Shown: piece by piece, positions 49,725 through 63,112 of the stretch | How the letters are laid out: every line of letters begins with the position of its first letter | How positions within the stretch are numbered: position 1 is the stretch's first letter | From: Scyliorhinus canicula | Taxonomy: Eukaryota | Direction of reading: 5' to 3' | Assembly (NCBI RefSeq): GCF_902713615.1 | Contig: NC_052158.1 | Span: forward strand, 159,038,691 to 159,102,690 | DNA: 64,000 nt | Notes under the pieces: generated by a model | Seen by the model: the letters and a program-made list of their open reading frames with translations, nothing else | Told to the model about the DNA's origin: nothing | Database searches by the model: none | Translations under genes and position numbers: made by a program

Positions 49725-49980
49725 CAAAAACAGCTTCTTCCCGGCTGTTACCAGACTCCTAAACGACCCTCTTATGGACTGACCTCATTAACCCCTATAT
49801 GCTTCACCCGATGCCGGTGTTTATGTAGTTACATTGTGTAGCTTGTGTTGCCCTATTATGTATTTCTTTTATTTCATTTTATTTTCATGTACTGAATGAT
49901 CTGTTGAGCTGCTTGCAGAAAAATACTTTTCACTATACCTCAGTATAAGCGACAATAAACAAAATCCAGAATCCAAATCC
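49725..49980 (+). mobile_element. Rex1/Babar LINE 3' end
   Basis: Inverted homolog of 18845-19095. Confidence 0.8.
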
Positions 49981-51784
49981 ACTAATCTGGTGTGGTGGCT
50001 GAAAGCGGTTTTGGTCAGGTGGGATGGTCTTCCTCTGTTACTGGAAGGCCGGGTACAGGCAATTAAGATGATAGTGTTGCCGAATGTTTAGTTCATTTTT
50101 CTGTGCCTGGCGGTCTTTGTGCCAAAGGCATGTTTAAGGAAGTAGAAAACATGATTACCTTGTTTAGTTGGGCGGGGGGACGTGGCTAGGTTTAGGAAGC
50201 TGCTGTTGCAGAGAGGATGGCAGTCAAGGGGGATGCGACGAACGCAGAGAAGGTACAGGGCTGGGTTGCAGGGTGGACTCCCAGTGCAGTGGGTTAGAAT
50301 GGAGGAGACTCTGTGCAGGGGGTTGGGGTTGAGGGCGTTGCAACAGCGCTGCTCCCGATGGCCCCGGGGAAATACTGTGGGAGTCAGGTGGTGGTGGCGA
50401 CTTTAAAGATCTGGAGGTAGTTGCGCCAACAGTTGAGGTTGTGGGCAGGGTCCTGGGAAATGTAAATTCTGGGGAATTAGAGATTTGAGCCAGGGACGTG
50501 GATGAGACTTTTCAGAGATGGCAGGAGAGGGGAGTCAGGGGATTAAAAGATTTGTTTCTGTGGGGCCGTTTTGCGAGGCTAGGGGAGCTGCGGGAGAAAT
50601 ATGGGTTGGGGCAGGGGGAGATATTGAGATCTATGCAGGTCCGAAATTTGTGCTCGGACGGGGATACAAAACTTTCCCGGTGGCGCCGGCCCCCACACTA
50701 TTGGAAGAGATACTGATGACAGGAGGAATGGAGAATGGGGTGAAGTCGATGATTGATGGGCTGATTCTGGGGGAAGATAAGGTATCGCTGGAGGGGTTAA
50801 GTCGAAGTGGGAGGAAAGGTTGGGGGAGATTATGGAAGAGGGGTTGTGTTCCGGAGGGTGAATGCCTCAAATTTGTGCTCGACGTTGGGGCTGACACAGT
50901 TGACGGTGGTGTGTAGGGCTCACATCACAAGGGCAAGAGTGAGCTGACTCTCTGAAAAGGTGGAGGATATTTGTGAGCGGTGTGGGGGGATTCGCAAATC
51001 CTGATCATTTGTTTTGATCCTGTCCAAAACTGGAGGGGTATTAGAGGGGATCTTCAGGGTAATCTCAAATGTGGTGTACGTGAGACTCGAACCAGGTCCT
51101 CAGAAGTCAAATTCACAGTGTCGAATTAGCCGGGGATGGAACCGGGTGCGGAGGCAGATGCCTTCGCCTTCGACTTGCTGATTGCCCGAAGGTGGATCCT
51201 GTTAGAATGGAGGTCAGCTTCTCCATGGGGAGACCTGCTGGAGTTCTTAAGGCTCGAGAAATTAAAGTTTGAGTTGAGGGGGAGGATGGAACCGCTCGAC
51301 AATTCATGGGCTTTGGTTACCGTGCATCTTCGAGAATTGGATGACAATGAACATTAGTGGGATGGGGGGTTTGGAATATATAAGTTATTGGTGATTATGT
51401 ATGTGTTGATGTTGGATTACTGTTTCTTTTTCTCTGGTCTTTGTATTTAAAATGTTAGAGGCTGTTTGGGAGTGTGTGGGATAAAGGGATTGTTGGTCAG
51501 CGGCTTGCATTCTATCTGTTATAGTTGATTATTTGTTGGTGGCTGTAAATGTGATGATAATGTGAAAAAGGAACACAATAAAAATATTTTTAAAACAGCA
51601 ATAACAAAGAAATGATAAGAAAATCAGAAGGAATGGCCAACATTCTTAACAGCTGCTGAAAAATGTAACTAATCGATGTGTACGTGAGAGAAGCTTGTTT
51701 GAAACAATTGAAGTCAGCAATGTGAGGTGATGACCTTCAGGCATTTCTTCCTTACACGTGTCGTGTATAGAAACCGAGCAGTAG

Positions 51785-52400
51785 GCGTGTGTACCATCTA
51801 CAAGATGCACTGCAGGAACTCACCAAGCCACCTAACGCAAACCCTCCAAACACACAACCACTGCCATCAAGAAGGACAAGAGCAGCAGATACCTTGGAGC
51901 CCCACGACCTGGACGTTCCCCTCAAAGTCACTCACCATCCTGACTTGGAAATATGCCATTGTATTCTCTGTCGCTGGGTCAAAATCCTACAACTCTCTAT
52001 CTAACAGCACTGTGGGTGTACCTACATCTCAGGGACTGCAACAGTTCAAGACGGTCCCAGGTTCGATTCCTGGCTTGGGTCACTGTCTGTGCGGAATCTG
52101 CACGTTCTCCCCGTTTCTGCATGAGTTTCCTCCGGATGCTCAGGTTTTCTCCCACAAGTCCCGAGAGACCTGCTGTTAGGTGAATTCAACATTCTAAATT
52201 CTCCCTCAGTGTACCCGAACAGGTGCCGGAATGTGGTGACTAGGGGCTTTTCACAGTAACTTCATTGCAGTATTAATGTACGCTATTTGTGACAATAAAG
52301 ATTGTTCCTATTCTTTTAAATAAAGGGAGCTCGCTACCACCTTCTCAAGCGTAATTAGTGATGAGCTACAAATGCTGGCGTGGCCAGCCAATCCAGCGCC
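51785..52400 (+). mobile_element. LINE 3' fragment (CR1/L2 group) with a nested V-SINE variant at 52050-52305
   Basis: TIYKMHC.NSP motif and a CACCTTCTCAAG..AAATGCTGGC tail on either side of the SINE. Confidence 0.65.
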
Positions 52401-52462
52401 CAATAAAAATAAAGTAAAAAAACACTGTTACTTTTGAAGCCACTTATGCTTTTCTGGTTGCA

Positions 52463-52468
52463 TTTATT
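52463..52468 (-). terminator. Candidate polyadenylation signal of gene C
   Basis: AATAAA on the minus strand about 240 nt after the stop codon. Confidence 0.4.
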
Positions 52469-52704
52469 AACAGTTATCAAAATACACGTCTAAGCCTCAG
52501 CAACAGACGATTACTCAAAATCTTACTCCTAATGTTTCACATTTTTAGAAAATGAGGACCATTTCGTACATTTATCCATTTACAAAACGTACCTTTGATC
52601 CGAGCAACCTTATCAGAACACATTGCCAGAGAACTTAAAAGTCAAACCTGTTTGTGTTCACTCTCTCCAGCTCTACATCACCGTGCAGCCCCAGAGTTAA
52701 TTTG

Positions 52705-53612
52705 TTAGGGTTGCGCATTTTTACCCATTAGGTGTTTTTTGGTGTTCTCTTCTGATTTGAACAATATAATGTAACATTTTGGAGAAAATATACATACCAA
52801 CAACCCAAAGCTCGATGCTAAAATTGCGAATATTTCCACGGCCACTGTGTATTTTCCAGGATTGCTCAAGTAAGTTGGAATAAAAGTTAACCAAACGGCA
52901 AAAAAGATCAGCATGCTAAAGGTAATAAATTTCGCTTCATTGAACTTGTCGGGTAAGGCCCGGCCCAGGAAAGCTAAAATCAAACACATGCAAGCTAATA
53001 GGCCGATGTAAGCTAACACACACCAGAAAGCAACTGTGGAACCCACATCACACTCAAGGATAATCTTTGCACTTTGATACTTGGTGTTTTTAGATGGGAG
53101 AGGGGGAGATGTCACCAACCAGATCACACATATTATAATTTGAATCAATGTGCAGAGGAAGACGATTGATCTTTGTTGTTTGGGTCCAAACCATTTCATC
53201 GCATTACTGGCCGGGAGCGTTGCTTTAAATGCCATCAGGACGACCAGAGTTTTACTAAGAATACAGGAAATGCACAGAACAAAGCTCACCCCAAACACTG
53301 TGTGGCGCACCATACATGACCATGGCGTTGGCTGTCCAATGAATGTAATGGAGCACAGAAAGCAGAGTATTAATGAGATTAACAGAAGGAAACTTAGCTC
53401 TGAATTGTTGGCCCTCACAATGGGAGTATTCAGGAAATATAAGAAAACAATTGCAACAACTCCTGTGATACAAGCTCCAAACAGTGAAATCGCCGCCAGT
53501 GTTATTCCCATAGTGTCGCGGAAGGAGAGGAACTCAATTTCTTTCGGAATGCATTGATTTTTTTGAACGTTGGACCAGTCATTTTTTGGACACTTGATAC
53601 ATTCTATAGAAT
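52705..53612 (-). CDS. V2R/OlfC-like gene C, exon 6 (7tm_3 domain, stop codon)
   Basis: 908 nt; same 7TM motifs as gene B; spliced CDS totals 2610 nt. Confidence 0.97.
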
Positions 53613-53761
53613 CTGTGGACACACAACATACAAATAGTAATTCAAATGCACTTTTTCGAAATGAACGACACGTACTATGGTAGCAAATCCAAAACATGCC
53701 GTAGTACTTTCTATTCCCAGGCACCTGTTTCCTGCTGGAATATTAAGGAAGGTTCTCATAC

Positions 53762-53885
53762 CTGTCTGATTACTGATCTCCCCATCAGCACATGGTAAAC
53801 AATCAAAGCAGCAAACAGGCTGCCCCTTGCGGGCAGCTCTTCTTGTTCCAGCACCACAATTATCACTGCATGCTGACACAGGGAC
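53762..53885 (-). CDS. V2R/OlfC-like gene C, exon 5 (cysteine-rich domain)
   Basis: 124 nt; [41 protein letters not shown]; CAG acceptor, GTATGA donor. Confidence 0.95.
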
Positions 53886-53971
53886 CTGTGGAGACAGGGG
53901 CTATACTTGACATCCTCAAAACTCAACCATTTGCAAAGAGTCAAAGTCGGAGCTGGAAAGTCTTGGCAAAT

Positions 53972-54151
53972 AAATGAAATGAAAATCGCTTATTGTCACA
54001 AGTCGGCTTCAAATGAAGTTACTGTGAAAAGCCCCTAGTCGCCACATTCCGGCGCCTGTTCGGGGAGGCTGGTACGGGAATTGAACCGTGCTGCTTGCCT
54101 GCCTTGGTCTGCTTTCACAGCCAGCGATTTAGCCCTGTGCTAAACCAGCCC
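53972..54151 (-). mobile_element. Full-length short tRNA-SINE in intron 4 of gene C
   Basis: GGGCTGGTTTAGCACAGGGCTAAA (A box), GGTTCAATTCCC (B box), (TTTCA)n tail. Confidence 0.85.
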
Positions 54152-54292
54152 CTGGTTTATTAATGTCCCTTCAAATTATAAGTCTTTACTATCCGAAAGC
54201 ATTCCCTCTCTACTTGCTACCGCTCAAACTCGGTTTCAATTCAAATGTAAGGAAATCACAAATGGAATGTTCTATTGCATACATCATTTAGG

Positions 54293-54565
54293 AAGGGCGT
54301 TGATGTAATAGTAGCTGGACTACCAATCTAGAAATCGAGGCTAATGCTCTGGGGACACGAGTTCAAATCCCTCCATGGCATCTGGTGGAATTTAAATAAA
54401 ATTAATATATTTCAATAAGATGATTACGGAACTATCCTCGATTGCTTTAAAAGCTCGAATTAAAGAGAGGGAAACTTGACATCAGTTTCTGGTTGGCCTG
54501 CGTGAAGATGCAATGCGATATGATTTGACTCTTATCTACCCTCTGAAGTGGCATAATAAGCCATT
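54293..54565 (+). mobile_element. Old Deu-domain-type SINE (SacSINE1-like); related copy on the minus strand at 59490-59960
   Basis: tRNA-like head GTTCAAATCCC.CCATGGCA..TGGTGGAATTT, then GGGAAA..TG..TGGCCT..TTGACTCTT. Confidence 0.55.
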
Positions 54566-55399
54566 CAAAGAACAAAGAAAATTAGAGCACAGGAACAGGG
54601 CCTTCGGCCCTCCAAGCCTGCACAGAGCATGCTGCTGTCTGAATTAAAACCCCCGTGAGCTTAAGTAGGGTGCTCTTTCCAAGTGCCAGTGCAGACTCAA
54701 TGGCCGGAAGTGCCTCTTCTGCCCTGTCCATTTCTGTGATTCCGTGATGACTGGAGCCAGCGGTAAAGTGTTGCATCAAATCAACAGGGTTAAGACGATG
54801 CCGTCTGGAGTGTGACAATTACTGTTGAACTATGACTATACGTTTAGCAAAGGAGATGAGTGACTATTTTGCCAAATTTTCAATGTTGATCAACAAAGTC
54901 TTAGTTGTCAGAAAATAGGAAAACGGAGCATTTAGGACAAATCATTGCAACTCAATCGTCCAGCGCATTAACTCATCCATCAAAGAATTGATGGGTAATT
55001 TTGAAAGATTCTCATCATATGGCTTCTTTTATTTCATGTTTCAATTAACCGAAATGTTTCTCATTGTTATCTGAATAAGTATTGATTTTTTCTTTTGTAT
55101 TTCAATAAATTCTGCTCATCTCATCTGTCTCTACTTTCCGCTATGCTTAAACTTAAATATTGGGGTTTACCATGGATATACTATTCATTATTGTTCCACC
55201 ATCACCAAGTGCTCTTCCTTTGGAAGAACATAACCACCCCATCCAACGACTTTTATCCTAATGCCAGGCCACGGATTGAATTCAGCTTTAGAACTTGCTA
55301 TGCAGAACGATTAGAATTTGCCGTTACTGAGTTGATACTATGATGGCATAGAGGCTGCAATATTGTGCCCTCTTGTTAATGAGAAAGAAGTGGCATGTT

Positions 55400-55722
55400 T
55401 GGGACAGCACGGTGGCACAATAGTTAAAACTGCTGTCTCACAGCATCAGGGGCGTTGGTTCAATTCTGGACTTGTGTGACTGTCTGTGTGGAGTTTGTAC
55501 GTTCTCTCCATATCAGCATGGGTGCTCCGGTTTCCTCGCACAATCCAAAACTGTTATGTTAGGTGGATATGCCGTGATAAATTCCTGATTCGTGGCCAAA
55601 ACGTTAGGTGGTGTTACAGAGATAGGGTGGAGGAATGGGCCTCAGTAAGCTGATCCTTCGGAAGGTCGGTGCAGTCTCTATGGGACGAATGGCTTCCTCC
55701 TGCACTGTAGAAATCTTGTGAT
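55400..55722 (+). mobile_element. Degenerate V-SINE
   Basis: Head, V-domain and CR1 tail recognisable. Confidence 0.8.
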
Positions 55723-56379
55723 TTGCATATAGTTATAATAATGTTTAGTTTAATATTCATCAAAAGAAAGAAATCTCGATGAAAACCGAAATATGAAATG
55801 ATAAAATCAGTACAGAATAGGCATTAATAGAGCGGTGTCTAAATTTGAATATTGAGTTTGAATGTTGGAATTATTAAAAGCATAAAAATGAAAAGATACA
55901 CCGAGTTCTCCTTCTACCATTCTATAGTCACATGATAAAACAACAATCAATTTGTGGATTAATCAAGTCAATCAAACTCTGTCAATTATACTCTTCAACA
56001 GATGAGGTCTGTGGAAACCTCACTGCTGAGTAAATGTCATAAAACCATAGATAAAGGAGCAGAATTAGGCCTTTCGGTCCACCGAGGTCCACATGTCTAT
56101 CGAGAACTATGTGTTCAAACTCACCTGTTCTGCCCAAGCATGCGTACCAATAACACACCAGGTCACAAATTAATTCAAATTCTCAATTCCAAAAAATTAC
56201 TTTCTAAAATAATTCACTCTAAAGTGTACGTCACTCAATGCCAACAGTCTCGATTATATCGGTAATACCATCGATTGGAATCATATTCATGTTTCACCCG
56301 CTTGGTTTTGAATTTGCCATCATCAAGCCCTTTCAAGTGAAGGCCATGTCTTCAGAAACTCCTAACTTAATATATCACC

Positions 56380-57750
56380 GGATCTTTCAGTGCAGAAGGA
56401 AGCCATTTGGCCCATTGCGGCTACACTGCCTCTCTAAAAGAGTTTTCTATTCAGTCCCACTCCCTCCCTTATCTCTGTAACCTTGCACATTCATATCAGA
56501 TAGAAATCCAATTCCCCTTTGAATACCTGCACCACCTTCTCAGGAAGTTTGTTCCAGACTCGAACCACGAACACCCTCGAGGGGTCGAGTGGCCTAATTC
56601 TCCTGCAATGTCTTATGGTCTTAACACGTCTACCCATTTTTCTAATTACTTTGCACATGTGCTCCCTTGTTCTTGATGCGTTTGTGAGTGGGAAGTTTTT
56701 CGCTGTTTAGCCTGTCCATCTGTGTCAGGGTGTTTAATATCCATATCAAGTCTTCTCTCAGCCTTATTTCCTCTAAGGAAAACAAACCTACCCTCTCATA
56801 TCTATCCTCTTAGGTAGAGTTCTTTATCCGGGAATCATTCTTCTGAATCTCCTTTGCACTCTCTCCTTCCTCAAGTATGGCCCGCAAAATGGACACAGTG
56901 TTCCAGATGAGGCCTAAATATGGAATCATAGAATTTATAGCACAGAAGGCGGTCATTCGGCCCATCGAGTCTGCACCGGCCCTTGGAAAGACGCCCCACT
57001 TAAACCCACACCTCCACCCTATCCCCATAACCCATTAACCCCACCTAACCTTTGTGAAAACTAAGGGCAATTTAGCATGGTTAATCCACCTAACCTGCAC
57101 ATCTTTGGACTGTGAGCGGAAACTGGAGCACCCGAGAAAAAACCATGGACATACGGGGAGCATGTTCAGACTTTGCACAGGCAGTGGCTGATTCCGTGAC
57201 CCTCGAGCAGTGAAGCATAAAGTCACCATAGTTACCACGGTCCCAGTTGACCATAGCCTGCTTTCCCCTTTGAGGGGGAGAGCTGACTGGCGGTGATTTA
57301 ACTTGAGGATCACCACACCTCAGGTGAGGGGCAAGGTTGAGAAGGCAGGACCTTCATGAATAACGTCAGCTGGTACAGGAATTGAATGCACGCTGCTGGT
57401 CTTGTTCTAGGTATGATTAATTAACGGGACTCTCAATCTCCCATGCCACCTTCAATGACGTGTGCACCTGTCCATCGAGCACTCCATTTTCTGCACCTCC
57501 TTGAGAATATCTCTCTTTATTTTAAACTCTTTCTCCATATTCTTCCTGATAAAACGTAACACTTCTCTGTATGGAATTACATCTGCACTTGTCGTCCCAA
57601 TTCACTAACATGTCTACGTCCTTTTGAAGTTCACGACTATCGCACCACGGTTGGCAGCGTCTCCAATCTAGGTAACATCTGAGAAAATTGAAATCATGAA
57701 CTGAACACCACAGTGTACTAAATTGAAATATATCAAGAAGAACATGGATC
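56380..57750 (-). mobile_element. Cluster of old CR1 fragments with nested SINEs (V-SINE 56924-57240; second tRNA-SINE 57245-57410)
   Basis: Decayed CR1 3' ORF; V-domain; GGTAC.GGAATTGAA head shared with the short SINE. Confidence 0.65.
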
Positions 57751-57962
57751 CTCATATTGACCCCATACATTCAAAACGAGCCCAGAAAGTGCGACTAAAC
57801 TCGAGATTCCGGAAAGAACCTTGTTTGGTCTCTAGAATTTACAGTGCAGAAGGAGGCCATTCGTCAATAATAACCAGTCAAATAATCGCGTGATTATGGG
57901 TTGCTGCTAACAATGAACAGACGCATCCTTTCACGTCTTTGGTGGATTGAAAATGGGCTTAC

Positions 57963-58196
57963 TTTATTTTCCATCGCTGTTCTGTGCCAAATGATTCTAC
58001 GTTCATCCAACGCGAGTTCTTCTCCTTCCGGCATTGCTGCATCATAATAACCAACTTTCACAAAATCAACTGACAAATCAGGAAGCTTCTGCCAGTTTAT
58101 CAAGTCATAGGAAGCGATAGGATCTCCGTCTTCATCAAAACTTACTTCCTCCCCAAACTGGTTTGTGAAACGTACCTCCCTCAGGTACTGCAAAAC
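57963..58196 (-). CDS. V2R/OlfC-like gene C, exon 4
   Basis: 234 nt; VLQYLREVRFTNQFGEEVSFDEDGDPIASYDLINWQ; AAG acceptor, GTAAGC donor. Confidence 0.95.
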
Positions 58197-58399
58197 CTTC
58201 AGAAAAGGGAAAATAATAATTATCTACTGCAACTCTTGAGCATGTTTCACAATGTCTGCAAACAGATTAACGCAGCATTAACTAAATCACCAATAATTGG
58301 ACATTAGAACAGTTGCTTGTTATTCTTGTCGTTGTTCCTGTCGAAATGAGAAACCATTGAACTTTACAGAATGATTAAGTGTTTTGGAAAATGCCTCAC

Positions 58400-59236
58400 C
58401 TGCCAGGATAGTGGGTTTGACTTTTGGCCACAGGTTTTATTGGGAAATGGGCCTTTCCCATGTTCACAAGTTTGTAAATTATGAAGTGCATGCGCTGCTG
58501 CGTACACCGCTTTGTACACATTGTAGGAAATCCTTAACTGCGATACATCAGTAAATGTACTCTCAATTGTCCCCAAGTTTTCTAAACCTGTGCATGGTCT
58601 ATAAGAGGAAGCTGTTATGTTTCCTCCCAGAGTCTGATTTGAGATGTGTACACTGCAGCCAAATATTTCCCGCCAGAGCTCTTCCACAAACGGGTTGTCC
58701 GTTGCTGTGGAAGGATGGAGGTTGACGAGAAATTCTCTCAATCCTGCAATTTCCGCTCTCCTTATTCCAAACCCCATTGTTCCCGTTAAAATATCCCAGG
58801 TTTCCGCTGTCCACATTTGGAATGATGTGACCCATGCTTCACTCGCTATCAGCTGGATGTCGGTAATGTTCTGCATTCTCAGTTCATTTACTAAAGACAA
58901 GCTGTCACTCTCTCCACAGAATATTATCAGCACCTTAGCCGATGACTTTCGAATTGTATTCGCAACCTGCTGCATCCTTTCCCTGGTACGACCGGGTGAA
59001 AGAAATTCGATGTAGGCGATGCAAATTTCAAACTTTGCAGCCTCTTCAATTAAAGCCCTCATCCCGAATCGGCCGTAATCGTTATCTTCAGCCACAGCTC
59101 CGATCCAAGACCATTTGAAATAGTGGATAATCCGGATTAAAGCTCTCATCTGAATGGTATCACTGGGAATTGTCCTGAAAAAAGTTGGGAATTCACGCTT
59201 ATCACTGAGGCAGGCGCATGAAGCAAAGTAGCTGAC
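58400..59236 (-). CDS. V2R/OlfC-like gene C, exon 3
   Basis: 837 nt in frame; VSYFASCACLSDKREFPTFFRTIPSD..ASEAW..VYKAVYAAAHALH; CAG acceptor, GTGAGG donor. Confidence 0.96.
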
Positions 59237-60310
59237 CTGTGGGGGAAGAGGATTAACAGAGATGTTTGGACTGTGGAGCCACACATGAAGCTACAAGGCC
59301 ACTGTGCTTGTGTAGCTACTTTCAAACAGATATTTAATCAGACCCACAGCCTTTTTCCCACCGTGGCTCCTTTTCAATTATTTATCCAATAAACTTTTCA
59401 CCGTTACTGTTAATCTGATCCACCGCCTTTTAAATTCGTTTTCGATATGAACAATTTAAGAGCAAATTATTTAGTCATTCGTAGGAAGTGAGCGTCGCTG
59501 GCTGGGCCAGCATTTGCTGTCCAACCCCGATTACCCTGCTACTCCATTACAGAGGGCATTTCAAAATCAACCACATTGCGTGGATCTGCAGTCGCATGAA
59601 GGCCAGACCAAAGAAGGACGGCAGATTTCCTTCCCTAAAGTGGATTCTTTAATAATCTTTATTGTCACAAGTAGCCTTACATTACAACTGCAATGAAGTT
59701 ACTATGACAAGCCCCGAGTCGCCACATTCCGGCGCCTGTTTTCGTACACAGAGGGAGAATTCAGAATGTCCAAAGTACCTAAAAAGGAGTTTTGTTTCGA
59801 CAATCGGCAATTTTTTTTGGCAATCGGCAATATGAATCCAGTTTTCACTTTCTGCAGTGGTGGGATTCGAACATGGATCCTCAGAGCATTATCCCAAGGC
59901 TCTGGATAATTGATCTCGTGAGATACCACCGCGCCACGGTCTCCCTGTGCGCCACCCTCCTCTCTCTTAATCTCCCATCTTGGCCCTTTTGCCAATTAAT
60001 CTTTAACCTTTGTGGCCTACTTATGGAACCCCACTGGCTCCAAAGCAGTTAAATATTATTTAATATAAATGTCGAAAATAATAAGCAGGTCTGGTACCAA
60101 CCGGGGAGAATGAAATAAAGTCACCGTTTGAAGTCAATGCCGTCTCATTAACCCTTTCCTCTCTCCGCAGATGCTACCAGACCTTCTGGGTACTTCCAGC
60201 ATTTCATGTCTTTGTTTCAGATTTTTACAATTTACGCTATTTGGCTTTGGAAAAGTAATTGCAGGCACCCCCATGTAAATGATTGTCGCAAATGTATTAA
60301 CATATCTTAC

Positions 60311-60602
60311 CATACCGATGGCGAAAGGGGCCACCACTCGCGATACTGCGACAGATTGCGATGATCCGCCATCTCCCACAATCATGGACACTGATGGAAT
60401 GCCAGCACACGTGGAATTGGAAATGATTCTGTCTTTCCCCTTCAGTAATTTGAAAGCTCCTTTAAGCCCTTCAGAAGGTGCACCACAGCTATCGAAAATC
60501 TTGTAGCCCAGAGTTGTGTCAGGAAGCAATTCTGGGTTCCCGTTTATTTCTTCTATGGCGAACACCATGGTGAGGGCCCAACGCAGTCCACTTTGGCTAA
60601 AC
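60311..60602 (-). CDS. V2R/OlfC-like gene C, exon 2
   Basis: 292 nt; FSQSGLRWALTMVFAIEEINGNPELLP..LGYKIFDSC..IVGDGGSSQS; CAG acceptor, GTAAGA donor. Confidence 0.95.
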
Positions 60603-61238
60603 CTGCCACACACATATGGGGTTACTTTTGTTTCAAGACAATATTATTCCTTTTGTATTATTGCTCATTGCAAAATTGAGAAAACATTGAAAGGGTGTGC
60701 GATTTGTTGTTCAGATTACAATATAAGCATAGAATTTCAAGAACAAGTAAAGCAGTTAATTCTTACAGAATATTTCTGATTGCTGGGTTTATCTCCAGAT
60801 TGTTAGTGACACTCCACAGCAATAATTGAAGTGGCTTACTTTAGGTCTACATATTTCCATATTTCCAGCAATATAAAGTAATTTTCCGAAATTATATTAG
60901 ATTTATTCCGAAATTGTGGCTCTGTTTAGATGTTCTGCTAAACGAACTGTGATAAAAGCTAAAAGATTTTGTAATCCATTCCTAAAATTTGTAATTTTCC
61001 CATCTGCCAGACAGATGAAACTGTCTTGACCCTAACAGCTCATTAGGGAAATCCAGCTTTTGAACAGCCCTGTGGAATGAATTGCTTCCCGGTCCCTGCT
61101 CCAACTTTATCTTTCACATGAATCCGGTCGTGCTGCCGTGACAGCCTGGGCTAAACGGCATCAAGCCTGATCTGCTGATTTCCAGACCTGTTCTCCATTA
61201 TCACACACACAATTGTGCCGTTGAGAGCCATTTCAAAG

Positions 61239-61396
61239 CAGGAAGTCGTTCAACACCAGGTTAAATTCATTCATTTACCTGAACAAGGAGCTACGCTCCG
61301 AAAGCTAGTGACTCGAAACAAACCTGTTGGACCTTAACCCGGTGTTGTAAGACTTCTTACTGTGCCCACCCCAATTCAATGCCGGCATCCCCACGT
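61239..61396 (+). mobile_element. 158-bp Penelope-derived fold-back mini-insertion in intron 1 of gene C
   Basis: 10-bp TSD CATTTCAAAG (61229-61238 and 61397-61406); hammerhead-like CTGAACA-A-GGAGC(TAC)GCTCC-GAAAGCTA-GTG. Confidence 0.85.
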
Positions 61397-61679
61397 CATT
61401 TCAAAGAAGAATCGAAATAATCTCACTCCACCTGTAAATATTTCCTGTTCATGTAAATATCCAATTCACTCCAGAAAATTACATTTAAATTCGTTTCTAT
61501 CGCCCGTTCATGCAATCAATTCTAGATCATAAAATAATTCTCACCTCCTCTCTAGTTATTCTGTCGGTAATGTTAAAACTATATTTCAGCTTACTTTTTT
61601 AAGCAGATTAAAGTAGCTGTTACCTCCGACTGAGTCCCACGTACGCGTTTCACGCATACATCTCACTGTACCAATGGCT

Positions 61680-62790
61680 AAAGACCAGAAGACCATAGGA
61701 ATATGGAAGAAGTAGGCTCCTCGGCCCCTCGAACTTGCTCCTCATTCAAAAGGATCATGACTGATCCGATATTGCTCACGTCCACTTTCCTACCCCTTCC
61801 CCGTTACCCTTGATCCCTTGCTGATCAAAAATCTGTCTATCGCAGCCTGAAATATATACGCGGTCACTGCCCCGACAGCTCTCTGTGTAAGGAGTGCCAA
61901 GATCTCACAACCCTCTAAGAGAAGAAATTCCTCCTCATCTCAGTCTTAAATTGGCACCCTTTTATTCTGAGGCTATGCCCTCTGGTCCTCGACTCTCCCA
62001 TGAGGTTAAACAACCTCTCAGCATTTACCCTGTCAAGTCCCTTAAGCATCTTTATGTTACAACGAGATCACCTCTCATTCTTCTCATGTCTACTTACAGT
62101 CCCAAACTGTTTTACCATTGTTCATAAGACAATCTCTCCATAACTGGAATCATCCTCGTGAACATTCGCTCAACTGTCTCCAATTAAATAATATATTTCC
62201 TTGAATAAGGGAAATACATTATTCCAGACGTGGTCTCACGAGTACCTTGTACAGGTGCAGCGACTTCCCGACGCTTATACTCCAACCGCTTTGCAATAAG
62301 GGCCAACATTTAATTGGCCTCCTGATTACCTGTTGCACCTGTGTGTTCGCTTTCTGTATTTTCTGCATGAGTACAAGAGATGGGCGGATCTTCTGTCTCC
62401 CCCACATCAGGGATGGCGGTTAATTCTGAAGAAGTCATAGTCGACCTAAGGCATTAACTCTGTTTCTTTCTCCACAGATGCTGCCAGACCTGATTCAGGA
62501 GTTTCCAGCACTTTCTGGTGCTTAATATAGGTTAGAGGTAGTCAGAGGAGATGTGAGAGGCAGGTCTTTGACACAGAGGATGGTGAGTGCCTCGAACGCG
62601 AGCCAGGGGAGATTGTGGAAGCAGATACATTAACGGCGTTCAAAAGGCATCTCGACAAATCGATGGATAGGATGGGTATAGAGGGATATGGCACCAGAAG
62701 TGCTGAGGGCTTTGGCCAAACGTGATATCAGGCCCGGTATAGGCTTGGAGGGCCGACGGTCCTGTTTTCCTGCTGTATTGTTCTTTGTTA
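61680..62790. mobile_element. CR1 3' fragments (minus 61680-62370; plus 62525-62790)
   Basis: LYKVLVRPRLE, RGHSLRIKG-type sequence, CR1 tails. Confidence 0.8.
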
Positions 62791-62796
62791 GTTAGC

Positions 62797-63112
62797 TGGG
62801 CGACACGATAGCACAGTGCTTATCACAGTTGGTTCACAGTACTATGGACTCAGGTAACATTCCCGGCATTTGTGACTGTCTGTGCGGAGTCTGGGTATCC
62901 TGCGGGTGCTCCGGTTTCCTCTCACAGTTGAAAGATGTGCAGGGTAGATGGATTGACCATTATTAATTGCCCCTTAGTGCCCATAAAGGGTAGGTGGGGT
63001 TATTGGGATAGGATGGTGGAATGAGCTTAAGTAGACTGCTCTTGCATAGGGCTGGTACAGACCTGATGGGCGGAATAGCCTCCATCTCCACTGTAAATTA
63101 TATGATTCTGTG
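62797..63112 (+). mobile_element. Degenerate V-SINE
   Basis: Head, partial V-domain, CR1 tail. Confidence 0.8.

Larger units (their letters stand above)
45080..51600 (+). mobile_element. Near full-length decayed L1/Tx1-type LINE (interrupted at 45320-47280 and 49725-49980)
   Basis: ORF1 DLENHSRRHNL.IVGLP (about 47530); endonuclease ADQGGRY..LYGPNWDD..GDWN, YSRI; YKNGEKAGHMLA; RGTRQGCALSPLLF; A-rich 3' end. Confidence 0.85.

Noticed and set aside
53604-53879. Secreted receptor isoforms from intron read-through (also 26283-26336 and 58364-58399)
   Set aside because: Open frames running into introns are expected by chance; cannot be supported without transcripts
53972-54151. tRNA genes in SINE heads
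   Set aside because: A and B boxes are present but there is no clean cloverleaf; they are attached to SINE bodies and LINE-like tails in multiple copies
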